The notes under the pieces were generated by a model. That model saw only the letters and a list, made by a program, of their open reading frames with translations. It ran no database searches and was not told the DNA's origin. The translations under genes were made by a program, and so were the position numbers. This document shows positions 1 to 14,030 of a DNA stretch of 64,000 nt, one piece after another (position 1 is the stretch's first letter; every line of letters begins with the position of its first letter). The stretch is from contig CM052817.1 in NCBI GenBank assembly GCA_028534125.1, positions 97,464,001 to 97,528,000 of the forward strand. The letters run 5' to 3'. The stretch is from Lama glama. Its lineage: Eukaryota.

Positions 1-54
1 GAGAGAGTGAGTGTGTGTGTGTGTGCGTGCGTGCGTGCGCCTGTCTGTCTGTCT
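1..54. repeat. Compound microsatellite (GA)/(GT)/(GCGT)/(CTGT)
   Basis: Read directly. Confidence 0.9.
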
Positions 55-3000
55 GGAGGAGGCTGAGGAGTTTGGAGTGTGTTTGGGGAAGGTCTTTTAC
101 CAGGGGGTGGGTTGAGCCAGTCTGAGAAGACGTGAAGCAGCTGCAGGAAAAGACAGGGGAAGAGCGTTCTAGGAAGAGAGAACAAGCATGTGTGAGGATG
201 GCACAGATAAACCATCTCCTCTTATCTCTCCACGGTTATTCTCAACACGCTGCCCAGCTCAAACCCCACGCTGCAGTCTTCCATCCAGGACCACTTCCAG
301 TTCCTTAAAACAGCCTGCCCACTCTCCCCACTGAGCTGTGTGTAACTGTCTTGGGATGACTATTTATACTCAGCATACATGCAAGATTATTCTGCTGTTG
401 GTTGTAGTGAACACTGACCGTACTTGTATGAGCTTTATCATTATGTTAAAATGGCAACAAACTATTCCACTGAATGCCATGCCATAATTTACTATGTTAT
501 TATTCACTTACTTTTTAATACCAAACCTTGTATTTTTCAGGTATGGAACTATTCAAAATGGGGCTCGGTGTCAGGCCATAAGCAACTGTTTAATCTTCGC
601 CCAGAGGAGTGGTCGGTGTTCCACGTATAGTACCAAGCCTTATGAACAGCAGACCACAATTACCTTCTGGGCTTTGAATACTTGATAAACTGCCAAACTA
701 CATGATGTTTCAGTAATTATTCTGAGCTAGGAATAACTGGAGATGGAAAAGGAGGAGCTAATCAAGGTAAAGCCGTTAATAGCAAAGCCATCTATTTAAT
801 AAGAGAAACATCACCAGTAATCTACATCACAGCAGATGATAAGTGAATATGAACTATTTGGCCGGGACACTGTTATCTTCAAATCAATAAGCTGATATTT
901 ACCGGGTTTCCGTTTTGTGGTAGACATAAAATTCACATGAAGTGTCTGGGAGGGAAGCACCTCAGAGACTAAAGTAGAGATCCTAAGTCACTGGACTCGT
1001 CTTGAGTAAGATTTCCTAAATTTGCAATTAGAAAGTATCTTCAACAGTTATACTAGTTTTGTGTATGGACACACACAAAATCACTATATAAATCTTTGAG
1101 GTCACAGAGCTATATCTTTATTTCAATGTCCATAGTACCCATTTGGCAAATGATAAGCATTCAATAAATATTTATTTTACGAAGGAATACATGCCTCAAA
1201 TCTATTTCTTTTGAAGTTTTGAAGATTGAAATACATATACAATGGAAAACAAAACAGGTTTAACAGGCTTTCCTGACATGGAAATAAGTCCAAAATTTAC
1301 AGTAACTTAAAAATGGTAGTTGCAGACAAACAAGTAACTGGTAAAAAAACGCTGAGAAATCTCTGAAAGGTTATATACCAAATAGTGGCTCTTTTAATTT
1401 TGAGGGGGATTTTTCGTTAGTGGGGAGCAATAGGGAACTTTCTACTCTATATAATTTTTCAGTATTTCATGTATATATTTGTATGTATGTTTATACATAT
1501 ATACAGATTTTAAAAATATAATCTATAATAAAGCACTTAAAATAATTTTTAATCACTTGAGGAGGCTAAAAGAAAAAATGAGTATCACGCAAAGAGTTTA
1601 ATCACAAAATTGAAATCACAAAAATAATCTATAGTACGAAATCCTTAGACTTCCTCTCTCATTTTACTATAAAGCTTCAACTGCATACATAGTTCAGTAA
1701 ATTACTATTTTAGATCCAAGTAAGATAGTGGATGCAGAAAAGCAAAGCCAAAGAGGTCTCTCTATTCCACCAGCTCTTAATTCTTTATACTCTTTTATGG
1801 TCTGCTTTCCATTTACTGGGTTATAATATCGTTATGGATTAAAACCCTCCTGGCTCTAAAAGGGAAATCTTCCGTTAGAAAGTAGTCAGGTGCTGAAAGG
1901 AAGGTGATCAGGGCCAAAGGAAAATAGAAATTTAGGGAGATGTTCTATTTTTTACTGACTGGGGAAAAAAAATATCTCCTTCTGGTGGATTTCAACGTCT
2001 GCCCTCTCTATATGATGTCACTCAATTTTATTTCAGAATATTCTTTAGAAATCACTCTCATTCTTCAAGAAACACAGTTTTATGAAGAGCCAGATACTGG
2101 CTGCAAACTGAGGCCATGAAATTAAGACAAACTTTTTACTGCACTAGGTTTGATCACAGTAGTTTGCAAATGTAAATGTTCTAAATAATATGGAGTAGAA
2201 AGCAAGCAGCAGTGTAGAAGTTCAAGACTAAAAATATGAGCACTTTTAATACCTCCTCTGATAACTAGTTTCCTTATGGTTTAAGTGAAGGTATATTTTC
2301 TGAAGTCTGTTCAAACGCCAAAACATTGCAAGTTCTCTTTCATATACCTTCTATGTTAAATGTACCAGGGGAACTGTTTATCAAAAGGAGGCCAGTGATA
2401 CTTTGTTAAGCTTACATAGTTTCACATTCTACAACACACTTTACATCTTTATTTGTCTGCTCTTTTTGGTATAAGTATCACCCTCATTTCTTGGGTGGAC
2501 ATCCAAGAGTCAAAGTACTTACATATTTTGCTCAGGCTCAGAGAGCTGGGTCAGATTTTAAATTCAAATATATCTGATTTCAAAAATGTGTAATTTAATG
2601 CTTTCGACTTGCAACTATTTTTTCAGACATAAATTCATGTCTAATTTGTCTTCATTTTATAGCTCAGGCTTAAAACCTGGTATGCCTGCATAAAGTAACT
2701 GAAAATGCGAGTTTGTATTTCAAAACAGAAATTATTCACTGATTGTTGACATTAGATGATATTTTTCTCTAGGATTCCAAAGAATTTAAAATTAAATTCT
2801 TCTGAATAAACTTAAAATATGACATATGGAACTTAAGTTCACAAAAGAGGACTAAGAACACATTTATTAAATGAGGTAGACTAATATTAAACAGTCCAAA
2901 TTTTGCTATTGCCCAAAGATCATCTCAAGGCTCCCAGAGCCTTTGTTTTGTTTTTTGTTTGGTGGGAGGGCATGTGGAAGGGAAGCATCTGTGGACAAAA

Positions 3001-3984
3001 ATGCATAGAGAAAATATTTCAGATCTCCAGCCACGCATAAGTATGACACTAGCATAATGCTGTTAATTTTAAGAAATCATTTTCTAACACTTATGATTTA
3101 CCATCTTACCTAGAAATTCAAATTCAAACTAATATACATGGATCTTGATGAATTTTTGAAAGGAAAATGATAACATGATTCTAAAACATAATACCAAAGC
3201 ATAAAAATAATGAAAAAGGAGAGAATGTACTTAGGGGCATATTTTCAGTAAATGATGAAAGTCTATGTAATGTTTTTCACTCACATTCACAATTATTTGC
3301 AATATTTCCTTCTCGGAATGTTACCTGAAGGAAAAAATTCTAATCAAATTGAACTGACTGAAAATAACCAGAAATAAAAGCATATATTTAGCAGAATCTT
3401 CTAAGCTTATCAACTAAAATGCATATGAGGAATTAAATGGTTCCAAATACATGTATTGGATTTTTTTTTTTTAGCAAATTGTTTCTGGATACAAAGTCAA
3501 TGGACTGTTAAGTTTCAAATCTTTTATATTGTTGGAGATTAATTTCTAATAAGTTAGTAATGTTTTAGAAATTGTCTTCTGCACATATAATATCCAAAAC
3601 CCAAAACAGACAATTTTTGCTTAAAGAAAACTCAGCACATGGAAATAACAACTCATATCAATGACAATTTGACACGCAATATGCCTTTGATAGAGAGATA
3701 CACTACTGTCACCACAAGGCTACATGAGGACCATGACCTACCGCCGACACCCTTCTCTCCTCACACTCCCAACAGTGAAAGTATCCTACAAATCTTTCAC
3801 CAACTACACACACGCGCAGCACACATACACACACAAACTGGAGCCAGGCAAGGAAGAGTCGACTCAAGACAGATCTGTCCACCACTAGCAGCCACGGCAC
3901 CCCACCAGCTCTTCCTACGGACACATTCACAACAGAGGCACAAAGCAAAGGCTTCAATTATTTCTTCCCCAGAGAGGGACTTCA

Positions 3985-4470
3985 TTTTTTTTCAATCAAA
4001 GTATAATGACTTAAAATATTATATTAGTTTCAGGTGTACAACATAGTGATAGATATTTGCATACATTACAAAATGATCACAATAAGTCGAATTATCATCT
4101 GTCACTATACAAAGTTATTACAGTATCAGCGACTCTGTTCCCTATGCTGTGCTTTGCATCCGTACTTTACCTCTTAACTCGCTTCACCATTTCATCCATA
4201 ACCCCGCCCCTCTCCCCTCTGATGACCACTAGTTTGTTCTCTGGATCTACAATTCTGTTTCTGTTTAATTGTTCGTTGATTTATTTTTTTAGATTTCACA
4301 TGTAAGTGAAAGCGTAAATATTTGTTTTTCTCTGACTTATTTCACTTAGCATAATACCTTCTAGGTGCATCCACGTTGCCACAAATGGCAAGATTTTACT
4401 ATTTTTATGGCCAAGTAATATTCCATCATGTGTATGTGTGGGTTTGTGTATACACACATACATTTCTTTA
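3985..4470 (-). mobile_element. LINE-1 3' UTR fragment
   Basis: Poly-T followed by ATATTAGTTTCAGGTGTACAACATAGTGAT...TTCACTTAGCATAATACC...AATGGCAAGATTT, typical of reverse L1 3' ends. Confidence 0.85.
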
Positions 4471-5067
4471 GCGGGATTTCACTTCTGGCATTACCAAGTT
4501 TAAGAAAATTCCCACTGCAATGAAATACTGACTAGTTCTTGAACTAGTTACAACTGGACTTTACCTACACTAAGAAGACTCTGCCTCTTTCCAGCAAAGT
4601 TTGAATGCTCTGTATTAATAAAAATTTGAGAGACCTTTGAAATTCCAAAGTATCTTACAAATGCAAGGTCTCTCATGGGAAGTTAGAGACGGTCTTTAAA
4701 TGGAAGCTCCTGCTTCATACAAGGGCAGGCCGTGAGGCACCTGTGTGCACATCTGCCAGTATAACAGCTGCCCAACAGGTGCCAAGTCCCCCAGCCCCTG
4801 GCAGCCCTTGTCGCTATTCTCCAGCTCTGAGGTTTCTGACTTCCAAATGCTAAAAATCACAGTAAGAGAAGAATGTGCAAGAGAGACAAAGTGCTGTCCT
4901 CATGTGGCATGTGTCCTAGAAGGGAGGACAGTGAAACAAGTAATACAAAATGACCAAACAGTGGTAGGACTGAGAATCATAGTACTGATAACATATATGC
5001 TTGATAGAGAAGCAATAAGAAGATACAGAAGGAGAACTGAAGGTCACAGAGTCTGGAACACCTTCTT

Positions 5068-5165
5068 TTCTTTTCTTTTTTTTTTAATGGAGGTACTGGG
5101 GATGGAACCCAGGACCTCATGCATGCTAAGCATGTACTCTACCACTGAGCTATACCACCCCCTCC
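5068..5165 (-). mobile_element. tRNA-derived SINE (camelid Vic-1-like)
   Basis: Minus strand GGTATAGCTCAGTGGTAGAG (A box)...CCTGGGTTCCATCCCCAGTACC (B box), A-rich tail, imperfect TSD GAACACCTTCTT/GAATGCCTTCTT. Confidence 0.85.
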
Positions 5166-5734
5166 AGAATGCCTTCTTAATGGAGAAGAGGGTAAGCTGA
5201 GCCCTGAAGTCCTAACAGGTCAGGTGCACATGAGGAGCAAGGAGGTTGTGTGGCTGGCAGAGATGCAGGGAAGACTGGCCAAAGATGAGAGCACAGACTG
5301 ATGGAAAACTTGGAAGAAATTCAGCAGAAAGAGTGCTGTGAGAGAGAAGGTTAAAGAGTTCGGACTTTTTCTCCTAAGGGCAATGGGAAGTCACCAAAAG
5401 ACTGAACTAGGGATCTTGACTGAGAGGATCCTAAGTACTGACAGTCAGGATTTTTCAAATATTAAACTCTAAGACTGTGAGAGTAAGACAAGTCATTATT
5501 ATACAAAATAATCATTAAGAAAAAAACTTTCGATTTCTTGACCATCGGGATGTGCGATCTGGAAAACACCAGATACATATCTCAGTGTTGAAACTGACAG
5601 TTGACAGTCTCAGGGAGATGTGAAGTTAAGCTGCATAATGATTGGACTTCCATGTTTTAGTCTAAGAAAACGTAGTACCAAGGAATTAAAAAAAAATACA
5701 TACCTTAATTAAATAACGGCAACCATCTGCATAG

Positions 5735-5945
5735 TCCACATTTACAGATGTGCCAAGGATGTGCTAAGGACTCTGACTGCATTTTTCATTTCTTCCCTAC
5801 ATCCCCCCAAATGAACTAAGTCGATTCTCACAAACAAGGAAACTGAGGCTTGCAGAAATTAAAAACTTTCCCACGGTTACAGTACTTAGAGCCATCCAGA
5901 ACCAGAATGCAAATGTTAAGTCAGTGCAATTTCCTTCCCCGCCAC
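5735..5945 (-). mobile_element. MIR SINE
   Basis: Core AAGGAAACTGAGGCT...CCCACGGTTACA. Confidence 0.65.
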
Positions 5946-7679
5946 TACACGGTAATCTAAGTCAGAGCTGTCTGTCAGGAAGACGCTGTCTGTAACACAG
6001 GACAAATACAGCCTACGGGCAACAACAGCAAAAACACAGCGTTCACGTGACTATATTTTATTCAACTAAAGAAGGTTCAAATCAGAGTCTACGGCCATAA
6101 ACGGCACATGGGGCCCAATATGTACCTCTTTTCACCTAGTTTCCCATATTAAAATGATTTTTGTCATGCCTCCCAAACATATAATTAGTTTTGATTGAAT
6201 GGTTTACTTTTGTGAAATTGTATTGATCCATTCATTAAAGAGCTTATTCTTCAAAGAAAACAGTGTTAAAGTCTGCATAAATTACCACTGACAGACAGGA
6301 TCTCACCAGACTTCCAAGCATGCCAAATATCTTTTTTCATAGTTCTAGAATATGATTTGCAAGCATATGCACATAATGAATCTAAATGAATGTAAATCAC
6401 TCAAATCTATCAGAGGTCCCACTTCATTGGGAATACATCCTTCTAAAGAAATTAGTTCACCATCCCAGTTTTATATTAGACAGCAGCCCTCTTCACTATT
6501 TTAGTATTACTATAGTGTTATCAAATGCCACACTTAACTTCTACAGCAGATCAACATCCTTGCTCCATCACTGCTTACCTACTACATAAGTGTTCAATCT
6601 AGAATATTAACACGAATATTAGAATATTTTCTTCTAAACAATTTATATTAGCAAATTGACATAAAGGGAAGTCCAACAACTTGGGGACAGGCCCTCAGTA
6701 ATGACTTCCTGAAAATTAAAAAGCCACCACTTTTAGGTTTAAAAAAAAATTTAAGAGAATCCTCCCTCCTTCTGCTATTGTGCTGAGCAGGAGACAAGCT
6801 TACATGTGGCCAAATTCATATTCCTAGCTAAAAAATGAGAAGATTCCTTTATTAGCTGTCTCATACAAACTAGCAGGGACTCACACCTGTAAGAAAAAAA
6901 TTTTTTTAAGTTTTAATCTAAACATGCAAAGAGGAGAGGGGCAGGGTATAGCATGTCATCACAGATGGGTCAGACCAGGCCTCAATGAATTAGAGCAAGG
7001 GATCAAAATTAGTCCTTCTATTAATCACTGGGCACTGGGTGGTTATAAGAACACAAACTAGATTTCTCGCTTCTATTTTAATATAACTATAGAGGTAGGT
7101 TTTGGACACTCAGAGAACTTACTTGCAGGGTTTTCAGCAGAGTTTACTCTCGTCTCTCCCACCAGGTTTTATAATCCTGGAAGCAGGACAGCATACCATA
7201 TTCTTTATACTCCAGAGCATCAAACTCAGTCATTTTTACTCAGCTGAAATAATCGAATCATCCATAAAAAGTTTGCAATGCAAAGAATACCTTTTTTTAA
7301 ATGCCAGCTAGTATCTTTGTTTATGAAACGGCAGCTGTTTTAACTATTTAATTTTCTGATTGTAAAAACAGTAGACTAATTGTAGATAATAGAGAATAAA
7401 AAGGTGTTAAGAAAAATGAAATCACATAATAGCTCCACCCTGAGAAATAGTATATTTCATCTATAAATCTATTTCATCTGTGAATACATCTAAAAATATA
7501 TATTTTATAGATATGGATATATGAAAAGATCATGCTGTATTGATTATTTTACACTCTGCTTCTCCACTCCATACTTTCCTATTTCTTGAGAGTTATTAGA
7601 AAATATTTTAAATATTTATAACTATAAAGTCCTAAATAATAGGAATGTACCAAACTTTGTTACTAATTCCCCAATTAGC

Positions 7680-8040
7680 TGTTGTCTTCTTGGTCTTGCT
7701 AACACTGCAGTGAATCTTTACGAATGTTTGTCCACATTTTTCATTATTCCCTTAAGATAGTTTCCTAGAAGTGGAGATATGGAGTCAAGGAGTAAGCCAA
7801 TGAGGCTCTTAATACATTGCCAAACTGCTTTCCAGAAAAGACATCCAGGTTTGTACCTCATTAGAAGCGTAAGTGCATCTGTCATTTCAAAAAAAAAAAA
7901 CAAAAAGGAACTTATTTTAAAATTGTTATCAATATGGAAAGCAAGCAACAGATTCTTACAGTCTTTATATTTATTTGACAGTGAGATAAAACATCTTTTC
8001 ATATGTTTATTAGCCATTTATATTTTCTCTTTTTTCTCGA
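7680..8040 (-). mobile_element. Old LINE-1 (L1M) fragment
   Basis: TTGCCAAACTGCTTTCCAGAA and CATCTTTTCATATGTTTATTAGCCATTT; the minus-strand ORF MANKHMKRC resembles the L1 ORF2 C-terminus. Confidence 0.75.
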
Positions 8041-8469
8041 TGAGAGTGTTTTTCCTTATCATGGGCCATAAGCTGTTCAGGACCATGAACTATTTGGAAC
8101 CTAATTTCAATAACCCAGGGGTTGCTGGGTTGCTGCCTTCAGGGGTAGCTGTACATTCCCAAGGATTTATCCACTAGCCTCCACCCTTATTTTGACTGCC
8201 ACAATGTTGTTTTTCTCAAAACTTGTAAACCTACACTCCAGTATTTCAGATGGAACATTTCTCTAGTTACAGTAAGTACATTTTAACTGTTATTTCCATT
8301 TTCCAAAGAATTACCTAAAAAATTATCTCTGATTATTAAATCAAGAAGTCTATCTCTAGGTTCGTATTTTATAAATTGAGATTATAAAGTGCCAACTGAA
8401 AATATATCATTAAAATTGAAATACACTTCCCATTTATATTTAAACTTCATGTAAAATATATGATTATCA

Positions 8470-8697
8470 AAATTTGTAGATACTGACAGGCATATGTAGA
8501 ACAGATAAACAAGATTATACTGTATAGCACAGGGAAATATATACAAGATCTTGTGGTAGCTCACAGCGGAAAAAATGTGACAATGAGCATATGCATGTTC
8601 ATGTGTAACTGAAAAATTGTGCTCTACACTGGAATTTGACACAACATTGCAAAATGACTATAACTCAATAAAAAATGTTAAAAAAAATTTTTAAAAA
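8470..8697 (+). mobile_element. Young lineage-specific LINE-1 3' end
   Basis: TACTGTATAGCACAGGGAAATATATACAA...ACAACATTGCAAAATGACTATAACTCAATAAAAAA plus A tail. Confidence 0.85.
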
Positions 8698-8841
8698 GCA
8701 TCTCTGAGCACATACCCTAAAAAAAAAATATATATATATATATATAATCATCTAGGTGTTCTTTTTAACTACCATAGCTTAAATTAGTTCATGGTAAAAT
8801 GTCCCAAGGAAAGTAACTTACTTACTTAATCCTAAATTCTG

Positions 8842-9153
8842 TTTTTTTTTATTTAAATAGAGGTATAATTGACATATAACATTATATTAGTTTCAGGTAT
8901 ATAACATGATACCTGTATATATTATGAAATGATCACCACATTATTATAAGTCTAGTTAACATCCACTACCTTACATAGTTAACAGTTTTTTTTGCTTTTG
9001 ATAACTTTTAAGATCTACTCTCTTAGCAACTTTCAAATGTACACTACAGTAGTATTAACTCTAATTACCATGCTGTACATTCTATCCCCAGGACTTACTT
9101 ATTTTATAACTGGAAGTTTGTACCTTCTGACCCCATTTCTCCTACTCCTACCC
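8842..9153 (-). mobile_element. LINE-1 3' end with TSD
   Basis: Reverse L1 3' UTR; 12-bp TSD TCCTAAATTCTG at 8830-8841 and 9154-9165. Confidence 0.88.
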
Positions 9154-9329
9154 TCCTAAATTCTGCTTTTACCACTGATTTTCCTTAGGACATTAAGGAA
9201 AACATACTTTCTCTTTACCAAAATTCCCCTTTACATAATAGAGGGTTTAAGACTATTCCTATCATCAATCACATGAGAAAGATGTTGTGAGCCTAAATGA
9301 CATAATGTATAAAGTCCTTTAAACCATCT

Positions 9330-9670
9330 ATATCACTTCTATGTGGAATCTAAAAAAAAGACACAAATGAACTTATTTACAAAACAGAGACAGACACAGA
9401 CATAGAAAACAAACTTAGTTACCAAAGGGGAAATGTGGGTGGTGATAAATCGGGAGTTTGGGATTAGCAGATACAAACTACTGTATACAGAATAGACAAC
9501 AAGGACCTACTGTACAGCACAGAGAACTATATTCAATACCTTGTAATAGCCTACAATGAAAAAGAACATAAAAAGGAATATGTATGTGTACAACTGAATC
9601 ACAATACATCAGAAATTAACACAACATGGTAAATCAACTATACTTCAATTTTTTAAAAAAGTTTTAAAAA
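9330..9670 (+). mobile_element. Cetartiodactyl-type LINE-1 3' end
   Basis: ATGTGGAATCTAAAAAAAAGACACAAATGAACTTATTTACAAAACAGA...GGAGTTTGGGATTAGCAGATACAAACTA...AATCAACTATACTTCAA. Confidence 0.88.
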
Positions 9671-12600
9671 TCTTATATTAAAAAACTTTCCTAACTTATG
9701 TAAAAAATTTTACATAAATTCCAAAAATCTGCACTTCACATATTTTCCATAAAAACCACTAAGTAAAAGTCACAACAAAATTTAGGTACTTTTATAGGGC
9801 TACCTCATTTTTAACATAAAGGAAAAGAAACTGTTTAAAGAACAACCTATGTTTATTCATTTCTCAATTTATGGACTGTCCAATTCAAAAATCCTATCAG
9901 AAGTTTCAGAAAATCTGCTAATAATCTCAGATGTGGAAATGTCCTGTTATTATGAAATAGAAGCAGTAACCAAATTGCTTCCTGAACTAAGCTCATCTCA
10001 AACCAGCTGGCTGCTTCTCACCCACGCTATTCCAAATCAGGTGACCTGTGCTTCCAATAAATGAGACGGTGCTGAAATTATCTATTAATAGAGTTTACAA
10101 CAAGAGTCCATTCTTAAAATGAGGCTATGAATAGAGAAGGCACCAAGACACCAGACCATCGTCTACGAGATAACAAATCAGATATTCACCAATCCTCAGT
10201 TCACAGCATCTCCTCCTTTAATTGAGCAATAACGGGGGTTCATAGGCTTCAAATTTAGAGAGACTTAATTCAGGGAACAGTTAACACCACACTTTAGTTT
10301 AACTTGCAGAAGCTTAAATCAAAGTTTAAGATACACAAATAAATTTAAAACACAGTGTCTTGTGACCTACCTATATAGGTGAGGGGCCTTTCGCCATCTC
10401 TCCAAGAAATGATTTTTCATGCCTACCTGTGAGTTAACTTGACCATCAGACTAAGAGTGAAAAAAAGGGTCACTCCAAGCTGTGAGTACTTGCAGAATGG
10501 CCATCTAGATTTCTTTCTCACCTATCATAATGGAGGTTTTACTTCTATCACTTACGTGCCCACAGAGTACAATAGTGTCACACACTATTTGGCCAGGAGT
10601 AGTGACACGGTGTGCTTTACAGATCGCTGCCAGAGCTCACAGAGTTACAGAACACAGACAGCCACCAAAGCCACAAACCAACTCATACAAGGAAGTCTCA
10701 GATAATCTTCGGTATTCCAGCTCTCAATTCAACGTCACCTTACCCAGTTTGGGGGTCCTAAACTGTAGTTTCTTGCTATGTCCCAACTATGTATTTTTAA
10801 TTTGGGCCAGAAAAGCTGAATGTCTCTCCTTTTGGCTGGACACACAGGTTTCTTCTCTTTTCAATGGCCCAAACAAAGAATCAAAAGAACTATCTAGTCC
10901 TAGGTCAAAAATAGTTTTGTTTGGAGGCAGTTATCAGTAGCAAATCCTCCTGGTTTATGATCACGTTTTGTTGTGCTGGTTACTGGGGACAGAAAATTCA
11001 AATACAGAAAAGTAGAAGCAAGAATATAAACAAATAGCAAAACATTCATATCCACCGCCTAGATTTCTAAGATGCCAACAATTATAAAATCCGTTTTTTT
11101 CAAATATAAAATGAAAATATTACAGACAAGGGTGATGTCTCTGTCTGCCCCTCCTTCCCCAGGGGCAAGCGTTAATTAAAGAATGGTTGGTATCTTTGTT
11201 GCTGATCATGTTTATACTTCATTATACACACAAACACAAATAAATGGACACATCCGACGCACTTTAAAATTTACATGCAAATGGCATCATCATGATATAT
11301 ATTGCTCACTGCTCTACAACCTGCTTTCGCTTTTTCCTCTTTTTAAAAAAAAAACTCAGCACAATGCTATTGAGACCCATCTTCCAACCTTCTGGACAGT
11401 GTAGCCTTACTTATGTTGTCTTCAGACAATGTCACATCACAAGACACTTATGTAGGGTACCACCTGCATCCATAAGCTTAACTACTAGACAAGCAAACAT
11501 TAGTCTTCAGGGATGCGGTAATAAATATCCTCTTCTCCTTCACCCTGCCTCTCCTGCAGGCACACAGCAAGACGGAGGAGCCCCATTGGCTTTTCCTTTC
11601 GACTCCACCTCTTCCCAAGTAGGCATCTGAGAAGCCACTCATGCATAAAGTCATACAATTATAAAACCACTGCTCATTTTAATTAGGAAAACAGTATCGA
11701 GAAGAAAAGGGTTTTCAGAATCCATCAGAGCTAGGCTGTGAGGCCAGTTCTATATTTACTGTGTGATCTGGACCAGGCTACTCAGCCTGGTAAAAGCATC
11801 CGTCTCTCATCAGCAAAGCAGGGACAGCACACCTGTCTCCTAGCCCTAACTCTTTTTTTTCCTACAGAGACTCATGCTCAGAAAGCACATGGCAGAGGAG
11901 ATGGGTCCCTGGGCAACACTGAAGGCAGGCTTGACCGCTGCTGTGTGTCCACCAACAGGACAGTTTCCTCTCTGCAGGGAAGGGTGGGTGCAGTGATGCC
12001 GCTTTCACTGTCAAGAAAGCAACGAATCCTTACATTTAATTGCTTATTTTCTTAGGACTGACTTACTCCTAAAAGTGTTGTGCAAATTAGTTAAATTTCA
12101 GAAGACTGAAATTGTGTTAGAATACATAAGTGAAATAAAAAAAGATCAAGCTGGAATTCTAACTAGTTTCTTGGCTAAGTAGTCACAGTTTGGGGATTCA
12201 GATTTAGCCCTTCGATGATAAAATGCAGGCAGTGTCTATTGGTAATTTAAATTGAAGAGAGAGGCAGAATCAAGAGAAGTGGAGAAAGACGGTTAAAAAA
12301 AAAAAAGTTCTTTCCCTTCTTAGGAAGGAAAAATAGGTTCGTCTGAAAGCCTTATAATGGCAACACCAACTGCAGCCTCGAAAACTCAATTTCCAGCACT
12401 TTCCAGTCTTATGAGCATTCTTTTACTTATAGTTTCTAAAAAGATGTGATTTATGTCTTTCAATCAGTGACAGAGATCCCCTCTGGGACCCAGACCACAG
12501 CACTGTGAATATAAGTGTCTTATTTAGGGATCGCGCCCGAAGGGCGACCAACATACGTCAGGTGACAAACTACACTGAAAGAAGAGAGCCCAAATTTATA

Positions 12601-12999
12601 CCGTCTGAGCTTTTCCAGTCTGTGTCGTTTTACATTTATTTCCAAAGAAGTTTACGATGATAATCTAAAACTGCAGAGCAACTGTGATGATCAGAAGTTT
12701 CCTGTTTCGTCTTCCCACACCAGCATATTATTTTCACAAATATTAGAACCTCCAAACCAAATCAGAAATAGACACAACCCTGACTTCTGTGTTTTATCCG
12801 GTGTTTATTGGAAAACACTTCTAAATAGCTGTGTGGCAGTCGCTCTTGGTTAAGTCAGTGTGTGACTGTTTTATGTTCTTAGCTCCTTAAATATCGTAGG
12901 AAATGATCCCTCTTGCTGTGAAGAGCATTTGAGGATGGTAGCAGCAACAGATCCTTTCCTAGAGTAACTGCATTTCTGAAAAATAAATTCCTTTATCAG

Positions 13000-13870
13000 C
13001 TACTGCAAGAAACTTTGAGACTTAAAACAAATCCTACAGAAAGCATGTATCAGAAAATATCTTTACATGAATGTTAAGGTAAGGGAGGATTTCTTGGGCA
13101 AGGCATATATATAAAGCACATGCCTTAAGAAAAAAATGAAATTTTGCATCAAAACTTTAAGCATCTATATGAAGAATACCATAACAAAGTTAACAAACAG
13201 GCCAGAGACTGGGAGATCATATTTTCGACTCACATAACCAAAAGTTTAATGCATGGTTTAATCGCTGTCATAAATTAATAAACAGAAGACAAGCCAAAAT
13301 AAATCTGGGGAAACAGGATATGAACAGCAATTTACAGAAGAGGAAACCCAGTCTGATAAACCTGGGAAAACACGCCAGCCTCACTGGTAACAAGGAGATT
13401 CACACGTAAATTACAAATGAGACAGTATTTCCTACTCACAGAGCAAAGCATCAACACGGAAGTGAGGAAACCCAGTACCTTACATGTGCTGTTGACGATG
13501 TAAACCAGCACAAACACCCAGCCGTCCCATCATGTAAAATTTGTAAAATTCAAGATACATACATTCTCCATTACCCACAAATTCTACTTCTGATTATACA
13601 GCCTACAGAAAAACCTGCTCCTGGGTATAAGGAGACATTTACAAAACTGGCCTTTGTAGCACTATTTTTGTCAGCAGTAACATTGCAAACAACCTCAATG
13701 CCCAGTAAGAGAGAGCCAGGTAAGCCACAGGACTATATAAAATAATGAAAGTGGAATGAACGAGATCTAAATGCATCATCACGCATAGATCACAAAAGTT
13801 GTTAGATATTTTGCAGGGGTAAGATTCCATTTCTGTAAAATTGTTAAATAAGTGCACATATATGTGTGGA
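13000..13870 (+). mobile_element. Old LINE-1 (L1M) ORF2 3'/UTR remnant
   Basis: Degenerate L1 motifs such as GATATGAACAGCAATTTACAGAAGAGGAAA, CAAATTCTACTTCTG and AAACAACCTCAATGCCCA. Confidence 0.7.
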
Positions 13871-13896
13871 GGATAAAAATATAGGCTACATCTGAC

Positions 13897-14030
13897 TTTT
13901 TCTTTTTAGCTTTTTTGGGGGGTAATTAGTTTTATTTACTTTATTTATTTTTAGAGGAGATACTAGGGATTGAACCCAGAACCTCCTGCATGGTAACCAT
14001 GCTCTCTACCACTTGAGCTATACCCTCCCC
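13897..14030 (-). mobile_element. tRNA-derived SINE (camelid Vic-1-like)
   Basis: GGGGAGGGTATAGCTCAAGTGGTAGAG...GGGTTCAATCCC; TSD CTACATCTGAC (13886-13896) / CTACACCTGAC (14031-14041). Confidence 0.9.

Noticed and set aside
7718-8017. ORF resembling L1 ORF2 C-terminus (MANKHMKRC...)
   Set aside because: Decayed L1 remnant, not a gene.
13960-14030. tRNA-like A/B-box sequences (also near 5100, 27270, 29370, 59140, 61850)
   Set aside because: They are SINE heads with tails and TSDs, not tRNA genes.
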